Shown in pieces: positions 49,087 through 55,702 of a DNA stretch of 55,702 bases (position 1 is its first letter; each line of letters begins with the position of its first letter). The stretch comes from Gammaproteobacteria bacterium (GTDB lineage: Bacteria; Pseudomonadota; Gammaproteobacteria; GCA-001735895). The notes beneath the pieces are model-generated. The model was not told the origin of the DNA, made no database searches, and saw only the letters and a list, made by a program, of their open reading frames with translations. The stretch lies in NCBI GenBank assembly GCA_024763185.1, contig JANTFY010000001.1:1-55702 (forward strand), in the 5' to 3' direction. A program made the translations under genes and the position numbers.

Positions 49087-49854
49087 ATGGCCATAACGCT
49101 GAAAACAGCTGAAGAAATCGACAAAATGCGGGTGGCGGGACGCCTTGCCGCTGATGTACTGAAAATGATAGAGCCTCATGTGGTGCCGGGTGTCACAACC
49201 GATCGCCTGGATGAGATATGTCATGACTATATTGTCAATCAACAACAGGCCATACCGGCGCCGTTGAATTACCGGGGGTTTCCAAAATCCATCTGTACCT
49301 CGGTCAACCACCAGGTTTGCCACGGTATCCCTTCCAGCAAGGTACTGAAAAACGGCGACATCATCAATATCGACATCACCGTCATCAAGGATGGCTACCA
49401 CGGTGATACCAGCCGCATGTTCATGGTCGGCAAACCCAAGGTACAGGGGCAACGACTGTCGCAAGTCGCCTACGACTGCATGAAAATCGGTATTGAAATG
49501 ATTCGTCCGGGCATTCAACTCGGTGATATCGGTCACGCCATTCAAACCTATGCTGAAAAAAACCATTGCAGTATCGTGCGTGAATACTGCGGACATGGCA
49601 TTGGCAAGGTATTTCATGAAGATCCGCAGGTTTTGCACTACGGAAAACCCGCTACCGGAGTGGTTCTCGAACCCGGCATGACTTTTACCATCGAACCCAT
49701 GGTCAACCTGGGTAAAAGACAGGTCAAATTATTACCCGATGAATGGACGGTGGTAACCAAGGACCACAGCCTGTCCGCCCAGTGGGAACACACCAACCTG
49801 GTGACCGATGATGGATTTGAAGTACTGACCGAACACCCCGACTGGCCGCTATAA
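49087..49854 (+). CDS. map: Type I methionine aminopeptidase
   Basis: VCHGIP, DIINIDITV, GYHGD, GHGIG and TIEP metal-ligand motifs are present. Confidence 0.95.
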   Translation: MAITLKTAEEIDKMRVAGRLAADVLKMIEPHVVPGVTTDRLDEICHDYIVNQQQAIPAPLNYRGFPKSICTSVNHQVCHGIPSSKVLKNGDIINIDITVIKDGYHGDTSRMFMVGKPKVQGQRLSQVAYDCMKIGIEMIRPGIQLGDIGHAIQTYAEKNHCSIVREYCGHGIGKVFHEDPQVLHYGKPATGVVLEPGMTFTIEPMVNLGKRQVKLLPDEWTVVTKDHSLSAQWEHTNLVTDDGFEVLTEHPDWPL

Positions 49855-49871
49855 GTTTAGCGAATACAATC

Positions 49872-52523
49872 ATGCCCTTAAGCTCCCTGCAATGGCTGGA
49901 TGACACGCTCGCCCAGGCCGGCACCGAAATCAAACCGATCGCCGAGGCATTGAACGAAGCGACCGATTTACTTTATAAATCCTTTACCCCGCATGCCGAC
50001 GCTGATTTACTGGTACGGCAAAAGTCCCGCTTTGTCGATCGAATTCTGACGCATTACTTCGCGCGCTACATCGGAGAGACCGAAAAAAACATAAGCGCAT
50101 TACTGGCCGTTGGTGGTTATGGGCGCGCCGAACTGCTACCTGCTTCAGACATCGATCTGATGATTTTGCTAAAAAACAAACCCGATAAAGGACTGCAGCA
50201 ACAGATTTCCGCCTTCCTGACTTTCTTGTGGGATATCGGGCTCGAGGTGGGCGCCAGCGTTCGCACTGTAAAAGACTGTGTCAGCGAGGGTCGAAATGAT
50301 GTGACGGTGATGACCAACATGATTGAGTCTCGCCTGATCACCGGTGATGAAAGGTTGTATGAGCAATACAAGCAGGCCATTTCGCCCAAGAAGATGTGGT
50401 CTTCCAAAGAGTTTTTTAAAGCCAAGCTGGAAGAGCAGAAAAACCGTCATTTACGTTTTAATGACACCGCCTATAACCTGGAACCCAACATCAAGGAGGG
50501 CCCGGGTGGTTTACGTGACATTCAAATTATTGGCTGGGTTGCCAAACGTCACTACGGAGCGCGCAACCTGAAAGAACTGGTTACACACAAGTTCCTGACC
50601 GAAGACGAATACCAGAAACTGGTCGATGGGCAGACCCATTTATGGCGCATTCGTTTTGCCCTGCACCGCCTGACCGGCCGACGTGAAGATCGCCTGTTGT
50701 TCGATTACCAGAAACAACTCGCTGAATTTTTTGGTTATCAGCAGGGTGATAACAACCTGGCCATTGAATCCTTCATGCAACAGTACTATCGCACCATTAT
50801 GGAACTGGAGCGACTCAACGAGATGTTGTTACAACTGTTTCGCCAGGAAATCCTGTTCAAACCCTTTTTCAATCGCAAACATAAACTCAATGATGACTTC
50901 CTGTTACGCCATGGATACGTTGAAGCGGTTAATGACCAGGTATTCGTCAATAATCCTTCTGCATTGATTGAAATATTCGTAGTCATGCAGTCCCGCCCTG
51001 ATATCCAGGGTGTGCATGCTGCCACCATTCGCCTGATACGCCAGAGTCGCCATTTGATAGACGATAAGTTTCGCTCTGACCCCAAAAATACCGAATTATT
51101 CATGACCTTCATGCGTAACCCGACCGGTATCATCCATCAGCTGCGGCGTATGAACAACTACGGCATACTGGCCGCCTACATACCGGTATTTGAAAAGATA
51201 GTGGGACGTATGCAATACGACCTGTTCCATGCCTATACGGTCGACCAGCACACCCTGTTTGTTATTCGCAACCTGCGCCGGTTTTCAGTTGAAGAATGGA
51301 GACATGAATTCCCGTTATGCAACCAGATACATGACCAACTGGAAAAACCGGAATTACTCTACCTGGCCGGCCTGTTTCATGACATTGCCAAGGGACGCGG
51401 TGGTGACCATAGTGTGCTGGGTGCAGAGGATGCCGAGCAATTCTGCCTGCAACACGGCATGAATCGCAAGGATACGCGGGTTGTCTCGCAGCTGGTGCGC
51501 AAGCACCTTCTAATGTCGACTACCGCCCAACGCAAAGACATCAGCGACCCCGACGTGGTTCACCAGTTTGCGCGCGAAGTCGGCAGTGAAAGCATGCTCG
51601 ATTACCTGTACCTGTTGACCGTGGCCGATATCCGCGCCACCAACCCGAAACAGTGGAATAACTGGAAAGACTCCCTGCTGCGCGAGTTATACCACGCTGC
51701 CAAGCAGGTTATACGCCAGGGTATAGAACAGGCGCCGGATGTGGAAGAAATCATCAAGGAAAACCGCGATGTAGCCTGTGACGCCATCGCGCAGGCCAAT
51801 TATGACCGTGCGGAAATTGAATCCATTTGCGGGGAATTTCCTGGTGATTACTTCCTGCATCACAAGGCGGAGGAAATACAATGGCATGTATCGTCAATAA
51901 TGGATAATCCGCGTGATAGCTCGGTGGTAAATATCCGTCAGTCGATACATTCCAAATCGACCGAAATCTTTATTTATACTCGCGATACACTGCATGTTTT
52001 TCAACGCGTGGTGGGAGTGTTAAGCAATATGAACCTGGATATTCTGTATGCGGATATCTATACCACCAGCGACAAGCAGACACTTGATACCTATATTATT
52101 CAAAATACCGAGGGTGATCCCATCACCGATGACAGCGATATCCGACAAATCCAGCAAACTTTGCTCAAAGCCGTTGCAGGCAAACATAAACCCGATATCC
52201 AGATCAACCAGCGTATGCCCAGGGTACTGAAATCTTTTATCAGCCCGACCCAGGTCCATTTTACCCAGGATTTACTCAATCACCGCACCATTATGGAAAT
52301 TACCACCGCTGACCGGCCCGACCTGTTGTATACCATTGCCAGCCTGATTACCGAAAGCGGCCTGCATGTTAACCATGCCAGAATCGCCACGCTGGGCGAG
52401 CGCGTGGAAGATATTTTTTATCTGAACGATCCACAGCACCAGGCGGTGCGTGACATGGAATTACTGGATCAATTAAAAGACCGTATTATCAATACGCTGG
52501 ATTCGCATGATCGGGTTGAATAG
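49872..52523 (+). CDS. glnD: Bifunctional [protein-PII] uridylyltransferase / uridylyl-removing enzyme
   Basis: The nucleotidyltransferase domain (GGYGRAELLPASDIDL), HD domain (LFHDIAKGRGGDHS) and two C-terminal ACT domains are present. The map-glnD order is conserved. Confidence 0.93.
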   Translation: MPLSSLQWLDDTLAQAGTEIKPIAEALNEATDLLYKSFTPHADADLLVRQKSRFVDRILTHYFARYIGETEKNISALLAVGGYGRAELLPASDIDLMILLKNKPDKGLQQQISAFLTFLWDIGLEVGASVRTVKDCVSEGRNDVTVMTNMIESRLITGDERLYEQYKQAISPKKMWSSKEFFKAKLEEQKNRHLRFNDTAYNLEPNIKEGPGGLRDIQIIGWVAKRHYGARNLKELVTHKFLTEDEYQKLVDGQTHLWRIRFALHRLTGRREDRLLFDYQKQLAEFFGYQQGDNNLAIESFMQQYYRTIMELERLNEMLLQLFRQEILFKPFFNRKHKLNDDFLLRHGYVEAVNDQVFVNNPSALIEIFVVMQSRPDIQGVHAATIRLIRQSRHLIDDKFRSDPKNTELFMTFMRNPTGIIHQLRRMNNYGILAAYIPVFEKIVGRMQYDLFHAYTVDQHTLFVIRNLRRFSVEEWRHEFPLCNQIHDQLEKPELLYLAGLFHDIAKGRGGDHSVLGAEDAEQFCLQHGMNRKDTRVVSQLVRKHLLMSTTAQRKDISDPDVVHQFAREVGSESMLDYLYLLTVADIRATNPKQWNNWKDSLLRELYHAAKQVIRQGIEQAPDVEEIIKENRDVACDAIAQANYDRAEIESICGEFPGDYFLHHKAEEIQWHVSSIMDNPRDSSVVNIRQSIHSKSTEIFIYTRDTLHVFQRVVGVLSNMNLDILYADIYTTSDKQTLDTYIIQNTEGDPITDDSDIRQIQQTLLKAVAGKHKPDIQINQRMPRVLKSFISPTQVHFTQDLLNHRTIMEITTADRPDLLYTIASLITESGLHVNHARIATLGERVEDIFYLNDPQHQAVRDMELLDQLKDRIINTLDSHDRVE

Positions 52524-52525
52524 CG

Positions 52526-52849
52526 TTATCTCGGCACACATCGATATACCTTGAAATTTAACTTGCCCTCACTGATCTCACCATCAGCCACAATGGTATC
52601 ACCGTCAAGATTGATGGCCGAGTTACGCGCCAGTGATTCAAGTTCATCGCGCACGGCATTGGGATGACGGTTGATGCCGGCAACACTGGCCGCAGTGCTT
52701 GATGTGGTCTGGCCGAGATACTCGCATTTGCTGACCTCGTTAGCGTTCAATATGCGTACCTTTTCCCCTTCGGGGGTTAACTGCACCCAGGTACAGGCCT
52801 GTAGTATCGAAACGGTTAAAACCATAAAACCCAATTTTTTTATCGACAT
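52526..52849 (-). CDS. Small lipoprotein, DUF4156-like
   Basis: The signal and lipobox read VSILQAC. The 107 aa pattern (CEYLGQTT...ARNSAINLDGDTIV...KVYRC) resembles DUF4156 from memory. Confidence 0.65.
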   Translation of the reverse strand: MSIKKLGFMVLTVSILQACTWVQLTPEGEKVRILNANEVSKCEYLGQTTSSTAASVAGINRHPNAVRDELESLARNSAINLDGDTIVADGEISEGKLNFKVYRCVPR

Positions 52850-52887
52850 ATTTCTTCCTCAGTCAATCAATTGCTTGTTGCATTGTA

Positions 52888-53874
52888 TCATGAAGGCAGG
52901 AATTCGATGGGATAGGTAACCGTCACCGGTTCCACATCTTTTGCTGCGAACTTAAAGCTTTTTATGCGCCTTAGCAGACGTTTTTCCAGGTCGTGGTCAT
53001 TCAATTCGCTGGACACTATCGCCAGTTTTGACACCTCTCCGGATGGGGCAATGGTAATACGCAGAATTATTTTTCCTTTCAAACCCGGATTTTTACGTCT
53101 TGCCCGATTATACAGATTAAACAGTGCACTCTTGTTTTGATCAAAAACCAGTGTCACCTCTTCTTCGGCCCTGGCCCCAGCCCTGGTTGATTTTGTTTGG
53201 CGGGACTTCAGCGCATTCGCAGAAGAGGGTTGGTTGACCGTCTCGGGTTTGATCAATGCCTGTTGAACCTGCTGGACCTCAACAAGGGATAAGCGGGTTT
53301 GCCCTACCCGGGTGGAATAAGCTGAATTGTCAACACCGCCACTGCCGGAAACGGTGTCAGCAATTAATAATTGTCCAGGATTGGTTGCATTGCTGCCGCC
53401 TGAAGCCGAGCCGGTGGATAATTGACCCCCCACCATGTTGCTGATCTCGTCGGTGTCCATCAGGTCGGATAATTCGTTAGCCAGGGCCAGCAAGCCACTG
53501 TTCTCAGCTTTTTTTCGGGCCTGTTTTTCACCTTTTGTAAGGGGTTTGGCTGCCGTTTTAGGCCTGGTTATCTTTGTAACCTTAGGCTTGTCGTCCTTTT
53601 TAGGCTTGGGCTTGGGCTTGGCTTTTACCGGCTCGGGTTTCGGCTGCTTGATTTGCGGCCTTTGCTTTTTTTTTTCAAGCAACAGATTGGCAATACGTTC
53701 GGGGACTTCGACACGCGGTTCGCGTTTCTTCTCTGGCAGGTTTATGGACGATACCATCAGACCCAGCAACAACATCAGCGAGACAACGACCAGGCTGATG
53801 AGCTTAAACTGCCTTTCGGCGGGTGACTGGGGGCTCCAGTCCAGGGATAGACGGTGGTACTCGGAAGCCGTCAT
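52888..53874 (-). CDS. TonB-family energy transducer (AgmX/PglI-type C-terminal domain)
   Basis: An N-terminal TM anchor is followed by a Lys/Pro-rich spacer (KQPKPEPVKAKPKPKPKKDDKPK) and a C-terminal TonB-like fold (LKGKIILRITIAPSGEV...VTVTYPIEF). It lies downstream of exbB-exbD-exbD. Confidence 0.75.
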   Translation of the reverse strand: MTASEYHRLSLDWSPQSPAERQFKLISLVVVSLMLLLGLMVSSINLPEKKREPRVEVPERIANLLLEKKKQRPQIKQPKPEPVKAKPKPKPKKDDKPKVTKITRPKTAAKPLTKGEKQARKKAENSGLLALANELSDLMDTDEISNMVGGQLSTGSASGGSNATNPGQLLIADTVSGSGGVDNSAYSTRVGQTRLSLVEVQQVQQALIKPETVNQPSSANALKSRQTKSTRAGARAEEEVTLVFDQNKSALFNLYNRARRKNPGLKGKIILRITIAPSGEVSKLAIVSSELNDHDLEKRLLRRIKSFKFAAKDVEPVTVTYPIEFLPS

Positions 53875-54389
53875 CAGGATTGACCACCGCTTTGAGGTTT
53901 CTGCATGGCCGCAAAAGCAACCTGGGTGTAATCCACCTGCCGACAGGTAGCGAGAATCTTGCGCAACAATTCATAGGAGATATTTTCATCACCCATGATC
54001 GTGATCGCCCTGGATACAGGTTTTGAGTCCGAAGTGTCACTCAAACCGGCCCGGGTCGCCTGAAATCGGAGTTCCTGTTCCAGGTCCTTGATTAAATCCT
54101 GCTCATGTTGCAAGACTTGCCGGATATCGGCTACCTTGCGCCCCTGGACCACAATATGTTGCTCTGTCACGACTAGAACCAGTGTTTCGCGCGGCACTTT
54201 TTTGGCCACCGAGGTGGGTAACTTGATGTCTTTTTTACTGGGCAGTTGTTGAACCGTCGATGAACTCACCAGTAAAAAGAACACCAGGATGGTAAAGATA
54301 TCCATCAAAGAGACCAGGTTGATCGAGGGCCGCTTGCGGGCTTCATGATGTCTTTCCATGCGTCGTGCACGACGTGACATTTGCATCAT
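53874..54389 (-). CDS. ExbD/TolR-family biopolymer transport protein
   Basis: The N-terminal INLVSLMDIFTILVFFLL TM motif is followed by a periplasmic domain. Confidence 0.88.
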   Translation of the reverse strand: MMQMSRRARRMERHHEARKRPSINLVSLMDIFTILVFFLLVSSSTVQQLPSKKDIKLPTSVAKKVPRETLVLVVTEQHIVVQGRKVADIRQVLQHEQDLIKDLEQELRFQATRAGLSDTSDSKPVSRAITIMGDENISYELLRKILATCRQVDYTQVAFAAMQKPQSGGQS

Positions 54390-54934
54390 GATGACGCCCC
54401 CCTTGAATTTGTGTCGCTGTTTTTCTGGCTTTCGGTTTCAGCTATTTTTGCCGGAGCATCACCAATGGAAATATTGGGAAACAATTCGACAGTTTCCACC
54501 TCGGTAAACTGAATTACATCTGCTGACCGAACATGATCCATCACCTGTATCAGCGTCTTGTAATTCACCTTCGGATCCAGCAACAAGGTGATGGCGTCTT
54601 CTTCAGGAAAACGCGATTTGATTTCGATCAGGACATCACTGAAAACCTGCCAGTTGGTTTGGTCCTGTTGTCGTTCGAGGTACTTGATTCTACCCAGGGT
54701 TGCATCCCTGATTTCAAAACTATCAGGACGTATAACCAGTTCAAGCTGTAACTTTATTTTTTGTTGTTGCTCTGGCTTTGCATCTTTAGGCGGAAGATTC
54801 AGCTCCAGGATGGTAATGCGGGAAAATACGGCGGTGATCAATAAAAAAGGGACCAGAATCACCATCAGGTTCAGGAAGGCTGTGATATTCAGCTCCACGA
54901 CTTCCTGTACGCGTTTTTTCTTGACCAGCTTCAT
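54386..54934 (-). CDS. ExbD/TolR-family biopolymer transport protein (second paralog)
   Basis: The ELNITAFLNLMVILVPFLL motif is present. I prefer ATG 54934 over the TTG at 54970 that opens the track ORF inside exbB. Confidence 0.85.
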   Translation of the reverse strand: MKLVKKKRVQEVVELNITAFLNLMVILVPFLLITAVFSRITILELNLPPKDAKPEQQQKIKLQLELVIRPDSFEIRDATLGRIKYLERQQDQTNWQVFSDVLIEIKSRFPEEDAITLLLDPKVNYKTLIQVMDHVRSADVIQFTEVETVELFPNISIGDAPAKIAETESQKNSDTNSRGASS

Positions 54935-54956
54935 GCGGATATCAGTTTCCTTCCAT

Positions 54957-55574
54957 TTATTCTTCAGCAATCAAATTTAAACATTTGACCGCGGCCATTT
55001 CGATATTATCCACCAGTCTTGCCGTTTTGGTGACGAGGTAGGAATGCATCAGTATCATCGGTATTGCGGCAACCAGTCCAAAGGCGGTGGTATTCATGGC
55101 CACCGAAATACTGGAAGATAACAGGTCGGCCTTTTCGGCAGGATCAGCACCGGCAACCGCGGTAAAGGCCTGGATCAGGCCGATGATGGTACCGAGCAGC
55201 CCCAGCAGGGTGGCAATATTGGCAAAGGTCGCCAGGTAATGCGTGCGTTGTTCCAGGTCCGGCAGCACTTCCATCATGCCCTCTTCCATGGCCGATTCGA
55301 TGACTTCTCGTGATGCATTGGATTTTTTGCGTGCAAAGCCATAACTTAGCATCGTGGCCAGCGGCGTCTGTACAGTTTCGGTTAATTTCATGGCGCGCGA
55401 TAAATCTTCAGCCTTAAGCATTGGCACCAGCTGCTTCCATATTTTGTTGGTTTTACCCTGTGTTTTCATGAGGTACATGAAACGCTCCAGGGCAATGGCA
55501 AGACCCAGGGCGAGAACAATCAGGATGGGATACATAAATGCCCCACCTGTCTGAAAGAATTTTACTATTTCCAC
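54957..55574 (-). CDS. MotA/TolQ/ExbB proton-channel protein
   Basis: It has three TM segments and the C-terminal conserved region ATLLGLLGTIIGLIQAF...TTAFGLVAAIP. The GTG start is preceded by AAGGAG at 7 nt. Confidence 0.9.
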   Translation of the reverse strand: MEIVKFFQTGGAFMYPILIVLALGLAIALERFMYLMKTQGKTNKIWKQLVPMLKAEDLSRAMKLTETVQTPLATMLSYGFARKKSNASREVIESAMEEGMMEVLPDLEQRTHYLATFANIATLLGLLGTIIGLIQAFTAVAGADPAEKADLLSSSISVAMNTTAFGLVAAIPMILMHSYLVTKTARLVDNIEMAAVKCLNLIAEE

Positions 55575-55702
55575 GCAACAGCTCCTTAATTTCCAGTGTG
55601 CAAAGTTGTTTAAATTATATCAGGTAAAAGAATTGGTTAAGATTGCTTCTCATCCATGATTGATGCCGGGTTAATCACTACGCATGATTATTTATCGATG
55701 TC

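Noticed and set aside
49042-49638. A 198-aa ORF antisense to map
   Set aside because: The map frame carries all the metal-ligand motifs. The antisense frame has no recognisable features.
1-55702. tRNA, rRNA and tmRNA genes, CRISPR arrays, transposases, integrases, prophage genes and recognisable defence systems
   Set aside because: Reading both strands, I found no cloverleaf-like T-arm motifs in intergenic DNA. I also found no spaced direct-repeat arrays and no ORF with transposase, integrase or known defence-protein motifs. PhoH2, Smr and MoxR are individually found in some stress or defence contexts. Here each is an isolated gene in a housekeeping neighbourhood, so I do not claim a defence island.

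Overview
The window reads as a compact, mostly housekeeping stretch of a gammaproteobacterial chromosome. There are no rRNA or tRNA genes, CRISPR arrays, transposases or integrases that I can see.

Recognisable blocks, in order:
- xseA and gltA.
- A MoxR ATPase, DUF58 protein and TgpA-like transglutaminase triad.
- nnr, tsaE and a cell-wall amidase on the minus strand.
- A PIN-PhoH (PhoH2) gene.
- surE-pcm-yqaA-nlpD-rpoS on the minus strand, with an FGE/SUMF1-like gene fused onto its end.
- An Smr gene.
- A complete cbb3 oxidase module: ccoNOQP, a small ORF, ccoG, ccoH and a DsbD_2-type gene, facing a divergent ccoI-ccoS pair.
- truD and tsaB.
- A giant secreted NHL/TPR/transglutaminase-like protein with a small TPR partner.
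- The classic rpsB-tsf-pyrH-frr-uppS-cdsA-dxr-rseP-bamA-skp-lpxD-fabZ-lpxA run on the minus strand.
- map and glnD.
- An exbB-exbD-exbD-tonB-like-lipoprotein cluster.

I do not see an unambiguous new multi-gene system. The items most worth a second look are:
1. A roughly 550-bp non-coding block of nested palindromes at 18648-19197. It is either MITE-like or a structured RNA.
2. The 1655-1671 aa NHL-Fn3-TPR-transglutaminase-like-TPR protein, which sits where lpxB/rnhB/dnaE normally follow lpxA.
3. A roughly 100-residue tail on ribosomal protein S2 that includes eight tandem KKAAT repeats.
4. The leaderless nlpD-rpoS junction and its attached secreted FGE-like gene.

All functional calls come from reading the translated ORFs against remembered family motifs. 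No database search was run.
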